Assembly: GCA_003176165.1 (NCBI GenBank)
Contig: PSRQ01000032.1
Location: 1 to 42,926, forward strand
Length of the DNA: 42,926 nt
Source: Candidatus Cerribacteria bacterium 'Amazon FNV 2010 28 9'
GTDB lineage: Bacteria > Patescibacteriota > Microgenomatia > UBA1400 > UBA12028
Reading direction: 5' to 3'
The notes beneath the pieces are model-generated. The model had not been told where the DNA came from, searched no databases, and saw nothing but the letters and a program-made list of their open reading frames with translations. Within the stretch, counting starts at the first letter, position 1, and every line of letters starts with the position of its first letter. Shown piece after piece: positions 7,822 to 16,632 of the stretch. A program made the position numbers and the translations under genes.

Positions 7822-10151
7822 GAAATAGTGATGAGTAATTGCTCTGTTTCTAGAATACCAGCTGCACTCCATTCTTGCCAAATTGCTTCGGTTACAAATG
7901 GCATGACTGGATGGAGAAGTTTCAGACAAGTTGAGAAGACATGGATGAGAACTGCCAACACAACTTCCTTATCTTCCCGCCCCTTTGTTGACTCCAGGTA
8001 GTCACTCGCTACTCGATTCCAAATAAAATCGTAGAGATTCTGCGCATAATCGGAAAAGCGGAAGTGTTCAAGATTGGAGGTGGAGGTTTCGATGAGCGTG
8101 TTGAGTTCGTTCAAGATTTGTTGATCCTCAGGAAGAAGAGGTAAGAGGTAAGAGGTAAGAGGTAAGGAATTTTCCTTCAACTTTTTTCTTAACTCGTAAC
8201 TCTTATCTCTTATCTCTTCGTTTTGTGATAACAAAACGATAAAACGGGCGATATTCCATAGCTTGTTTGCGAAGTTGCGATAGCCTTTTACTTTGTTCTC
8301 AGAAAGTGCGATTGGATTACCGGGTGCACTCCCAGCAATTAACGCTATTCTGAGCGCGTCAGCACCGTATTTTTCGGTGAGATCGATAGGATTGATGACA
8401 TTGCCTTTACTCTTGCTCATTTTGGCACCTTTTTCGTCCGTCACCATGGAGTGCAAGTACACCGTTTCAAACGGTACGGTGTTTGTGCGATACAAACTCA
8501 ACATGATCATGCGTGCGACCCAAAAGAAAAGAATGTCCCACATCGTATCAAGTACTTGTGTGGGGAAGAAGCGTTTGAAATCAGCAGAGTCTGGAAACCC
8601 AAGTGTCGTGAGTGGCCACTGGCCTGATGAAAACCACGTATCGAACGTATCAGTTTCTGGAAGATAGTCATCTCCTGGGCATTCGTTGCTGACGCGATAT
8701 ACAGCATCGACAGGTGCTCGCAGTGTTTGAAGACCCGCTCGGATGGTGTTCAATTCATACTGATCAAGAAGATCGGCAACACGTCCAATCACTCGTTCGT
8801 GATTCTCGTCCAAAAATGTTACTTCCAAATGAGGATTTTCATTGATGCTGTACCACACCGGGATGCGAATACCCCACACAATCTGGCGTGAGATCGGCCA
8901 GTCACGAATATTTTCCAACCACTGATAGTATTGTGTTTCAAATCGAGAAGGAACAAATGTCACGTCTTTATTTTTAGCGGCGGCAATGCCTTTTTGCGCC
9001 AGTGGTTTCATCTTCACAAACCAGTTGGGCATGACCATAGGCTCGATGTCACCACCGGTTTTGTAATCAACAGTCACGTTGTGTGTATATGTTTCATCGA
9101 CTTTCACAATCGTTCCGTCTGCACTCATATCTGCTGCGACAAGTTTGCGCACTTGCGCAACCTTTTTCCCATGATACTTCTGTACTCGCTCTGTTTGTGT
9201 GGGGGAATTTGGTGAAAATGCAGATAGATCAATCTTTCCAAAAAAGTCGATGAGCGGGCGGACGCGCAAGTTATGTTTTCTCCCAAGTGCGAAATCATTG
9301 GCATCGTGGGCGGGTGTGACTTTCATGACACCCGTGCCAAACTCCATGTCGATCGAGTCATCCCAGATGATTCGCATCTGTTGTGATCCAAGGGGACCGT
9401 TGAAGATCACTTCAGTCGTATCTTTCCAATCGTTGTAACGCCCGTCATTGGGGTTGATTGCAATGGCTTCGTCATAGAAAATGGTTTCGGGGCGCACGGT
9501 GGCGACGACCAAGTCGTGTGTATGTGATCCTTTGTCCGCGATATTGATGTAGTAGAGTGGGTCAATGCGTTCGACGTGCATCACTTCGAGCTCGGAAAAT
9601 GTGGTGCCATTTTTGGGTGAGTAGTTGACGATGTAGTTGTCGCGATAAATAAGGCCGTCATCGATCATGTGCTGAAATGTGTCGTACACGACCTTAATCA
9701 CTTTTTCATCGAGCATGAATGTGGCGCGTGACCAATCACATGAGAAGCCGAGCTGCTTCAACTGGTTAAAAATTGTGCCTGAGTTATCTTGCACGAATTG
9801 ATAAATGTCGTTGTACAAGGTTTGTCGGTCAAACTGAAACCGTGATTTACCTGCTTTACTCAAGTGTTTCTCGTACACGTACTGCGTCTCAAAGCCTGCG
9901 TGGTCTGTCCCGGGAATCCAGACTGTCGGATCTCCCATCATGCGATGCCAACGGATGAGAATGTCCTCAATCACAAACATCGCATGCCCGGCGTGTAGGG
10001 AAGCGTTCGCATTGGGCGGAGGAAGCAAAATTGTGAATGGCCTCTTACTCGAGTTAACGTTTTTTTGCGTGTCAGGATTAAACGCTCCGGATTCTTCCCA
10101 GAGTTTATAGATGTTTGCTTCGTGGTTTTTGTGATTGTAGGTCGAGTCCAT
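7791..10151 (-). CDS. valS: Valine--tRNA ligase (786 aa, no C-terminal coiled coil)
   Basis: PPPNANASLHAGH, PGTDHAG, DWPISRQIVWG, DTWFSS, DILFFWVARM and KMSKS motifs. Confidence 0.96.
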   Translation of the reverse strand: MDSTYNHKNHEANIYKLWEESGAFNPDTQKNVNSSKRPFTILLPPPNANASLHAGHAMFVIEDILIRWHRMMGDPTVWIPGTDHAGFETQYVYEKHLSKAGKSRFQFDRQTLYNDIYQFVQDNSGTIFNQLKQLGFSCDWSRATFMLDEKVIKVVYDTFQHMIDDGLIYRDNYIVNYSPKNGTTFSELEVMHVERIDPLYYINIADKGSHTHDLVVATVRPETIFYDEAIAINPNDGRYNDWKDTTEVIFNGPLGSQQMRIIWDDSIDMEFGTGVMKVTPAHDANDFALGRKHNLRVRPLIDFFGKIDLSAFSPNSPTQTERVQKYHGKKVAQVRKLVAADMSADGTIVKVDETYTHNVTVDYKTGGDIEPMVMPNWFVKMKPLAQKGIAAAKNKDVTFVPSRFETQYYQWLENIRDWPISRQIVWGIRIPVWYSINENPHLEVTFLDENHERVIGRVADLLDQYELNTIRAGLQTLRAPVDAVYRVSNECPGDDYLPETDTFDTWFSSGQWPLTTLGFPDSADFKRFFPTQVLDTMWDILFFWVARMIMLSLYRTNTVPFETVYLHSMVTDEKGAKMSKSKGNVINPIDLTEKYGADALRIALIAGSAPGNPIALSENKVKGYRNFANKLWNIARFIVLLSQNEEIRDKSYELRKKLKENSLPLTSYLLPLLPEDQQILNELNTLIETSTSNLEHFRFSDYAQNLYDFIWNRVASDYLESTKGREDKEVVLAVLIHVFSTCLKLLHPVMPFVTEAIWQEWSAAGILETEQLLITISWPNVKLHHQ
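8136..8218. repeat. Inverted heptamer arrays inside valS
   Basis: (AAGAGGT)4 at 8136-8163 and an opposite-orientation TC(T/G)TA(A/T)C x4 at 8187-8214. Confidence 0.85.
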
Positions 10152-10157
10152 AAATAG

Positions 10158-10188
10158 AGCGTTTTAGGGTTTAGCGGTTAGCGTTTAG
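10158..10188. repeat. Heptamer array upstream of valS
   Basis: Minus strand reads CTAAACG CTAACCG CTAAACC CTAAAAC. Confidence 0.7.
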
Positions 10189-10397
10189 TGACGAATTGGT
10201 GGTCGTTGTCCAACGGCAAAATTTACAACATACTCTTTTTTTAACCCATCAAGCCTCGAATCGTTTATGTAGGAATTATAGTTGCTTCCTTCCCTAACTG
10301 CATTTGCGAGGTTAGTTAAAGCTTCAATTTGTGGCTCCGATGCCTCAGGAAAAGCTATCTTAGCTGATTCTTTTGCAGATGGTCTTTCATTTTGCAT
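10185..10397 (-). CDS. Hypothetical protein (70 aa)
   Basis: ORF with AAGGAGA upstream of the ATG. Confidence 0.6.
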   Translation of the reverse strand: MQNERPSAKESAKIAFPEASEPQIEALTNLANAVREGSNYNSYINDSRLDGLKKEYVVNFAVGQRPPIRH

Positions 10398-10408
10398 ACT
10401 TTCTCCTT

Positions 10409-10654
10409 TTAATTGTTTTTGTACTGTTCTGGATCTGTTTTGGATTGTTCTTCTACCCCTGAATAAAATGTGATATGCGTCGTCTTTTCTCCGCGTGCCC
10501 CTGGCTCATATCCCAATTCATCTGGCTTTTGACCAAACTTGAGTCGACCATCATCTAAGCGTTTTTTTGCTTCATCGAGAGCACTTTGTAGCATAGGTGG
10601 AACATCGCTATCCTTGCCCAAGGGCCCTTTTCCATAAAAAGTGAACTCAGTCAT
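10409..10654 (-). CDS. Hypothetical protein (81 aa)
   Basis: ORF with AAGGA upstream, tandem with the previous ORF. Confidence 0.6.
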   Translation of the reverse strand: MTEFTFYGKGPLGKDSDVPPMLQSALDEAKKRLDDGRLKFGQKPDELGYEPGARGEKTTHITFYSGVEEQSKTDPEQYKNN

Positions 10655-10745
10655 GACATTTCCTTTCGCTTTTCTTGTATTTTAACATCTTGATGTGTGT
10701 GTACGCCAACGGTAGGATACGAGGTAAAGAGAAAAAGGAGCGTCT

Positions 10746-11507
10746 ATGGCTTTATTTCTACTAATCTTACTTGTGGTTTTAATCGTCTTTTGGCTCAGTT
10801 CGTTGAAGCAAATCAATGAGTATGAGCGTGGCGTGGTGTACTCCTTTGGTCGGTTTACCGGCATCATGCAGCCTGGGTGGCGGTTTATGTGGCCATATTT
10901 TCAGCAGGTGACCAAAGTGGATATCCGTACCAAAACGGTTGAGGTCCCTAAGCAAGAGGCAATCACGCATGATAATGTGCAGGCAAAAATCACTGCAGTG
11001 GTGTACTACAAAGTTGTGGATCCAGCCAAGGCTGTCAATGAAGTGGAGGATTTTTACTATGCAGTGTCACAGTTGGCACAAACCACAATGCGTAATGTTA
11101 TCGGGGGAGTGACGCTCAATGACCTCTTGGCAGAGCAAGCACAGATTGCCGACAAAATTCAAAAAGATATCGATCGGATTTCGGAAGGGTGGGGTGTGGA
11201 TGTCCAGGCTGTCGAGCTCAAAGATATTGAACTTCCAGACTCAATGGTACGTACGATGGCGAAGAAAGCCGAAGCGGAGCGTGAAAAAGAAGCGACGATT
11301 ATTGCTTCTGAAGGAGAAGTCGTCGCAGCTCAAAACCTCGCCAAAGCTGCTGAGACTATGGCTAATACTCCAGGTGCTATGCAACTGCGTACTCTCAATA
11401 CGCTCGACAGCGTGAGTGGAGATCAAAATACCACGATCATCTGGACACTGCCTTTGGAAATCCTTCGCGCTATTGAAGGATTTGGACAGATGGTGAAAGG
11501 AAAATAA
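10746..11507 (+). CDS. SPFH/band 7 (stomatin/slipin) family protein
   Basis: EYERGVV, VDIRTKTVEVPKQEAITHDNV, AQTTMRNVIG and AEAEREK motifs. Confidence 0.92.
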   Translation: MALFLLILLVVLIVFWLSSLKQINEYERGVVYSFGRFTGIMQPGWRFMWPYFQQVTKVDIRTKTVEVPKQEAITHDNVQAKITAVVYYKVVDPAKAVNEVEDFYYAVSQLAQTTMRNVIGGVTLNDLLAEQAQIADKIQKDIDRISEGWGVDVQAVELKDIELPDSMVRTMAKKAEAEREKEATIIASEGEVVAAQNLAKAAETMANTPGAMQLRTLNTLDSVSGDQNTTIIWTLPLEILRAIEGFGQMVKGK

Positions 11508-11513
11508 TTCTTT

Positions 11514-11789
11514 TCAACCTGACCTTTTTTGTTGAGAGCTCAGTTTATTAAGAGTTTCAATGATAAATCCATCTAGTACTTCATCACTTTTTCCAGATTC
11601 AATACGGTGACTTATTATGTCAACCAATCTCTGACGATCATTGGGAGACAGTGATGCTGTTTGTTGCTTTATATACTTTTCAAAAGTTGCCATGTTTTCA
11701 TTTCCAGCTGTTGGTCTCGTTTCTCCTTTTGCAGTCATGCCCGTGGCATATATATTGTCTACGAGGAGTCGAAGGTCTTTTTCTTCCAT
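11514..11789 (-). CDS. Hypothetical protein (91 aa)
   Basis: ORF with AAGGA upstream. Confidence 0.55.
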   Translation of the reverse strand: MEEKDLRLLVDNIYATGMTAKGETRPTAGNENMATFEKYIKQQTASLSPNDRQRLVDIISHRIESGKSDEVLDGFIIETLNKLSSQQKRSG

Positions 11790-11831
11790 AGAATTCCTTT
11801 CTACTTTATTTTGTACTATATAAAAACTTTC

Positions 11832-12197
11832 TTACTTTTTCACTGTCTCTTTTACTGCAGAAACAATAGTATTCAGCGGTGTATTAGCTTTCACAAAGTA
11901 TCCTTGAATGCCAATTTTTTCTGCCACAGTTTTTTCGCTATCAAGATTACTTAAGATAATAACGGGGAGATCTTTGGTTTTTGGGTCTTTGCGAATACTC
12001 TCCAAGAAATCAAATCCATTTTTTCCGCCGGGAAGCATGATATCTAAAAGAACAAGTTGTGGTTGTGAAGTCTGAAGACAAGTCATGGCCTGGTCAACCG
12101 AGGTGGCTTCCTGGATTTCGTACCCTTCTTGTTGCAACAGTTCTTTGAGTGTTCCACGTAAATCATTGTCGTCTTCAATGAGAAGAAGAATGCTCAT
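11832..12197 (-). CDS. Single-domain response regulator (receiver)
   Basis: IEDD, LLDIMLPG and YFVK motifs; ATGA-coupled to the kinase. Confidence 0.92.
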   Translation of the reverse strand: MSILLLIEDDNDLRGTLKELLQQEGYEIQEATSVDQAMTCLQTSQPQLVLLDIMLPGGKNGFDFLESIRKDPKTKDLPVIILSNLDSEKTVAEKIGIQGYFVKANTPLNTIVSAVKETVKK

Positions 12198-13855
12198 ACT
12201 GTTGATCCTTTCGCGATGGGTAAGTGAATACAGAAGGTGCTTCCTTTTCCAAGTGTGCTCTCAAGAGCCACATCTCCACCCCACCGTTTTACAAACGAGC
12301 GTACCACAAAAAGTCCGAGACCGGAACCTTGTGCTGAGAGCGTGTTGGCATTGTGTCCACGGTAGAATTTTTCAAACACGTGTGGTTGGTCTTCGGGAGA
12401 GATGCCGATCCCCGTGTCTTGAACGCAGATTTGCACTTCTGAAGAAGTTGTAGTGATTTGAATGTATATATCTCCTCCATCAGGAGTGTAGTTAATTGCA
12501 TTGCTAAGGAGATTTTCTAAGATGGTGGGGAAGTACTGCGGATCGACACGAACGAGGGCTTCTTGTGTTGAAAATGGAGTATGAAGAGTAAGATGCTTCT
12601 GATCAGAAAGAGACTTTATCTGTTCAATAAGAGGTTCGAGTGCCGTTTTGACATCGGCAATTTGGAGATGTTCTTCCACTGTTCCTTGAGTTAGGGCAGA
12701 GACGCTCAACAAGTCATTGACGAGTTTTGCCATTTTTTGAGCACGACCATTGACTCGCTCAAGTACGGTTTTAACGTGATCATCACGCGTATCGCGAAGG
12801 AGAAGTTCAGTGTCCCAGCGCATACTCGAGAGCGGTGTGCGCAGTTGATGTGCTGCGATAGCCAAGAATTCATCTTTTGCGTTGTCCAACTCTTTTTCTT
12901 TGGTAATATCGCGAGCTGTTCCAAGTTTGCCGACAATACCGTTCTCATTCTTGTACGGAACACTACTAAATTCCCCAACTCGATATGTTCCGGCTTTTGT
13001 GCGAATGCGCAATTGGAATCGTTGAATAGGATCTCCAGATAATCCTTTGAAGAATTGTTCTTTCGCGCTCGCTTGATCGTCGGGATGGACTAATTCAAGA
13101 AATGGTTTGCCAATCCACTCGTCTCGTTTCCATCCCGTGATTGACTCGAATGCGGGATTGAGGGTGACAAATTTGCCATCAGGAGCACTGATGCTGTAGA
13201 TGACCTCGGGAACAAGATTAAAAATAGTCTCGTATTTTTCCTCGCTTTCTTCAAGTTGTGCCTGAGCTAGATGTCGATCTGTGACATCGCGAAAATTGAT
13301 AACGACGGCATCGATTGTTGGATCATCCAAAAAATTGGTGGCTACACCCTCTATCCATCGCCAACTTTCATCTCTGTGCTTGATTCGGTTGGTTCCAATG
13401 ATTGTTTTGCCAGGGTGATGTATGAGTGACAAAAGATTTTTTTTTGCGGTGTCTATGTCATCGGGATGGATGAATTGAAGAGGTGAGGTGCCAATGAACT
13501 CCTCCGGTGAATAGCCCAAAATTGGCTTGATTGAAGCACTTGCGTACGTAGTCGTCCCTTCCTTGTCAATTAAGACGATCGCGTCATTGCTGTGTTCAAT
13601 GAGAACTGCAAATTTATGTTCTAGGTTTTTATAATCTTGAATACACACTTTTTTTTCTGCGTGAACTTGGGTGTTCTGTTCGTATAAATAGATTGTTATG
13701 GCTAGAAGGCTAAACAACAGTGCGCCATCTACCGCAAGATTACTTCTCCAGATATACCACCCATAACAGAGCACGAGGAGGAGCGGAACGCTCAAGATAG
13801 CCAGGAAAAGTGAAGGGGTATGGTGTGGGTGAAGAGCGGGGCGAGATGGCTCCAT
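12194..13855 (-). CDS. Membrane PAS-PAS sensor histidine kinase
   Basis: Two TM helices, two PAS domains (HPDD), H-box AHQLRTPL, N-box NLLSNAINY, DTGIGI and GSGLGL. Start placed 6 nt after a TACAGT -10-like box. Confidence 0.93.
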   Translation of the reverse strand: MEPSRPALHPHHTPSLFLAILSVPLLLVLCYGWYIWRSNLAVDGALLFSLLAITIYLYEQNTQVHAEKKVCIQDYKNLEHKFAVLIEHSNDAIVLIDKEGTTTYASASIKPILGYSPEEFIGTSPLQFIHPDDIDTAKKNLLSLIHHPGKTIIGTNRIKHRDESWRWIEGVATNFLDDPTIDAVVINFRDVTDRHLAQAQLEESEEKYETIFNLVPEVIYSISAPDGKFVTLNPAFESITGWKRDEWIGKPFLELVHPDDQASAKEQFFKGLSGDPIQRFQLRIRTKAGTYRVGEFSSVPYKNENGIVGKLGTARDITKEKELDNAKDEFLAIAAHQLRTPLSSMRWDTELLLRDTRDDHVKTVLERVNGRAQKMAKLVNDLLSVSALTQGTVEEHLQIADVKTALEPLIEQIKSLSDQKHLTLHTPFSTQEALVRVDPQYFPTILENLLSNAINYTPDGGDIYIQITTTSSEVQICVQDTGIGISPEDQPHVFEKFYRGHNANTLSAQGSGLGLFVVRSFVKRWGGDVALESTLGKGSTFCIHLPIAKGSTV

Positions 13856-13911
13856 ACATTCACTGTAGCGTGAAGGGAAAGAAGGAGTCAATGGATCCAA
13901 TAAAATAATGA

Positions 13912-14691
13912 TTATGTAAATGCATTAAATCCTTGCGCAAGAAGGTTTTGTGTGGGGAGAAATAATGGTTGTGGTAAGTGATCCCATGAGAACCATTTCC
14001 ATTCGCTACATTTGTTTGGTTCCATGACAGTTGGTTCTCCTTGTTGTGAATAAGTGACGATAAAAAGGGTGATGTACTGTTTGTGTTCTTGCTCAAAAAT
14101 ATCGTTGGTATATGGACCAATACGAAGATCCCTAATTTCTAATCCAGTCTCTTCTTTCACCTCACGAATTGCACATTCTTGTGGTGTTTCACCTCCTTCT
14201 AAGTGGCCTCCTGGGAAATTCCATGTTCCGTCGCCATGCGAATTTTTACGTTTGCCCATGAGGACTTTTCCATCACGGATAACAATGACGCCCACTCCAA
14301 CCTTAGGATGAGGGAGTAGTTGTTGTTTAGGGATTGTTCCAAGTTCTTCTTGAAGTTTGTGAACTAACATTGTTGGGTTGCTGTATTCAACAAACAGTGA
14401 AGACACTTCATGAAGAGAAGTTGAAGGTTTGATTCCTTTTTTATGTAGACAGACAATTGTTTTGTTTACATCACTTGCCCAGCCAAGTTCAATCCCTTGT
14501 CCTGTGGAAGGAGAGGAGACTTCAGCGAGAACAAGATCACAGCTTTCAATTACCTTTTTTGTATTGAACCGTTGCTCAGTTGTATGCGGAAAAATAAAAA
14601 TATGATCTTTGGTGAGAGGAGAATCTTGTAGTGGACGATATAACTCGTTGTGAAAATCAAAGTGAGTCGAATGGGAAACAAAAATCACCAT
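13912..14691 (-). CDS. Fusion of a nucleoside deoxyribosyltransferase/DNPH1-like domain and a NUDT15-like Nudix hydrolase
   Basis: N-terminal CDLVLAEVSSPSTGQGIELGWA; C-terminal PKVGVGV...PGGHLEGGETPQECAIREVKEETGL...MEPNKC. Confidence 0.8.
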   Translation of the reverse strand: MVIFVSHSTHFDFHNELYRPLQDSPLTKDHIFIFPHTTEQRFNTKKVIESCDLVLAEVSSPSTGQGIELGWASDVNKTIVCLHKKGIKPSTSLHEVSSLFVEYSNPTMLVHKLQEELGTIPKQQLLPHPKVGVGVIVIRDGKVLMGKRKNSHGDGTWNFPGGHLEGGETPQECAIREVKEETGLEIRDLRIGPYTNDIFEQEHKQYITLFIVTYSQQGEPTVMEPNKCSEWKWFSWDHLPQPLFLPTQNLLAQGFNAFT

Positions 14692-14698
14692 AGAATGT

Positions 14699-15523
14699 TT
14701 ATTCTTCAATTTCAAACGTCAGCTGGTCCTGTGGAATGCCAATCGATATTCCGTACTCAACAGCTTCCTTCCATGTTTCTTTGCTTGTATGTGAAAAAAT
14801 GAATAACTTATGCGGAAAGACTACGATGATCCTGTCGCCGGACCAAAAATGGGCATACCATTTTTGAGGTTTGAGATTATTCACAAGTTGCTCAATTTGT
14901 TTGTTCGTGCCTTCGACGAAATAGAGATGCCAACGTTGTGTTGGATCTTCTTCTGTTGTAACTCTGACTTTTTTGATCGAAAACTCATTGAGCATTCTAT
15001 TGTCTATCAAACTTTCTTCGATGATGATGCCGTGAAAAACCATTTTTTGCCGGAGATAGTGTTTGATGAGTGTGTCCACTTGTGGAGAAACGGAAAGTGG
15101 ATAGACGCTTCCTATTTCTTCTAGAGGAATAAATCTTGCTTGCTCGATGTCTGGATCAGTGGGTGATTCTATGTCCCTGACGATTTGTGCTTCGTAGTAG
15201 AGTTGTAAGGTCTCATGAAAATTTCCTTTGCGGTGATAAAACCAATCAGTGGCGGCAAACAGTAGTTTCCCAATTTTAATAGTTACTCCGCCTTCTTCGA
15301 GAGCTTCACGATGCAATGCTTCTTCAATGGTTTCGCCAAGTTCAATTCCTCCACCGATGACATCATAGTGTTTCTCAAATTTGCTTTTACCGATAAGTAA
15401 TTTCCCATCCTTGATAATCAAAGCGTAGGCAGAGATACGCCAGGTAATGGGTGAGCCGTCGTATTCAACTGGTTCAAGATTAGCATTGATGAAGTGATGC
15501 TGTTTGGGAAGCGTGGAGTTCAT
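14699..15523 (-). CDS. Nudix hydrolase fused to an uncharacterised C-terminal domain
   Basis: Nudix box GGGIELGETIEEALHREALEEGG, then a separate domain (GIIIEESL...WYAHF...GIPQDQL). Confidence 0.78.
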   Translation of the reverse strand: MNSTLPKQHHFINANLEPVEYDGSPITWRISAYALIIKDGKLLIGKSKFEKHYDVIGGGIELGETIEEALHREALEEGGVTIKIGKLLFAATDWFYHRKGNFHETLQLYYEAQIVRDIESPTDPDIEQARFIPLEEIGSVYPLSVSPQVDTLIKHYLRQKMVFHGIIIEESLIDNRMLNEFSIKKVRVTTEEDPTQRWHLYFVEGTNKQIEQLVNNLKPQKWYAHFWSGDRIIVVFPHKLFIFSHTSKETWKEAVEYGISIGIPQDQLTFEIEE

Positions 15524-15627
15524 TTCGCCATTATAGCAAGAGAGTTTTCCCAAGATCTGGTTAGTTGAATTTGTTGCAAAATGTCTTATAATAATTCTGT
15601 CGTTCTCAGCGTAAGTAAGGAGTAAAA

Positions 15628-16116
15628 ATGAAGAACTTAGCGGGCGACCGGAACTGCGACGAATCTATTCGTCGTGAACTCGAACGAGCGCGTATTCCCG
15701 CTGTCTCGATTGAGAAGAGGAACACCGAGGTTCCATATACCGTCATAGGTCAGCTTAGTGATTTTACATTCACCAGAGCTTGGTACTACTGGGTAGTCAC
15801 TGGCCGAGTACCTGTGTCGGTCGCTGAAGAGCTTTATCAAGATCCTGTAGGGAAGGACGATGTTCGAGCCGGAGGGCATGCTGGTGGGCACCCAATCGAA
15901 GGATATGTTGTTGCCTACTTGGATGTTGAGGGAAATAAAATCCTTCCGCTTACTCAACGGCAACAGTTTCAAGAACTCGAGCTTTCTACAGAGGGATACG
16001 TGTTTTATGAAAACCCGAAGGAAATGGGAAGCGGGTTTGTTACCAGCTACCACATAGATAGTGAAGTGGGGCTACGGCTTTTTGCCCATACGCTCCGCGC
16101 TCATGGTCTTGTTTAA
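15628..16116 (+). CDS. Hypothetical protein (FTRAWYYW / YHID motifs)
   Basis: AAGGAG RBS, its own TATAAT and a downstream terminator. Confidence 0.7.
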   Translation: MKNLAGDRNCDESIRRELERARIPAVSIEKRNTEVPYTVIGQLSDFTFTRAWYYWVVTGRVPVSVAEELYQDPVGKDDVRAGGHAGGHPIEGYVVAYLDVEGNKILPLTQRQQFQELELSTEGYVFYENPKEMGSGFVTSYHIDSEVGLRLFAHTLRAHGLV

Positions 16117-16129
16117 GGGCTTTGTTCAC

Positions 16130-16160
16130 AATCCCCATCTCTTCAGGTGGGGATTTTTTT
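16130..16160 (+). terminator. Intrinsic terminator
   Basis: AATCCCCATCT-CTTC-AGGTGGGGATT followed by a T-run. Confidence 0.8.
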
Positions 16161-16632
16161 ATCTTTTTCCTTCATTTTTAGTACTCTTTCTTTGCTGTAT
16201 ATACGCCATAACTCCACGCATCGCCACCCATCCGATAAGCAGGATATAGATTGTCATCGGAATGAGCGAAAGAGCTTTGGAAAGTTGATCTTGTCCTGCA
16301 AAAAGGCCCGCCCGATACAAATTGAGACGAAACCAAGTGACGCTATTGTACCCATGTCCGACAAGCAGAGCCATCGCAGCCCAGAGATTCAGGGGTTCTT
16401 TGAGTTTTTTGGTGAGCCAATATGTGAAGGTCAACCAGACGAGCAAAGAGGGGATGATAAAGGCAAGCGGATGCAGTTGCAACAATGGATAGATTGGGAC
16501 AGCTTCGTTGAATACTTTGTATCCACTTGTCCAATACTCTTTGGGTTGTCCGAGCACGGTGCCGACAACATCCACAATAACAGGAATGAAGAATATCGTA
16601 AAAAGAGGGTTGGAATGAAAGATTTTTTTCAT
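16159..16632 (-). CDS. Hypothetical integral membrane protein
   Basis: About four hydrophobic helices; ATGA-coupled to the VanW gene. Confidence 0.7.
   Translation of the reverse strand: MKKIFHSNPLFTIFFIPVIVDVVGTVLGQPKEYWTSGYKVFNEAVPIYPLLQLHPLAFIIPSLLVWLTFTYWLTKKLKEPLNLWAAMALLVGHGYNSVTWFRLNLYRAGLFAGQDQLSKALSLIPMTIYILLIGWVAMRGVMAYIQQRKSTKNEGKR

Noticed and set aside
8136-8218. CRISPR array or telomere-like repeat
   Set aside because: The units are 7 nt and contiguous, with no unique spacers and no cas genes. The same holds for all other heptamer loci.
12194-16632. Genetic code 25 (TGA=Gly) as in Gracilibacteria/Absconditabacteria
   Set aside because: Long genes are open under code 11, and TGA acts as a stop in ATGA-coupled pairs at 12194 and 16629.
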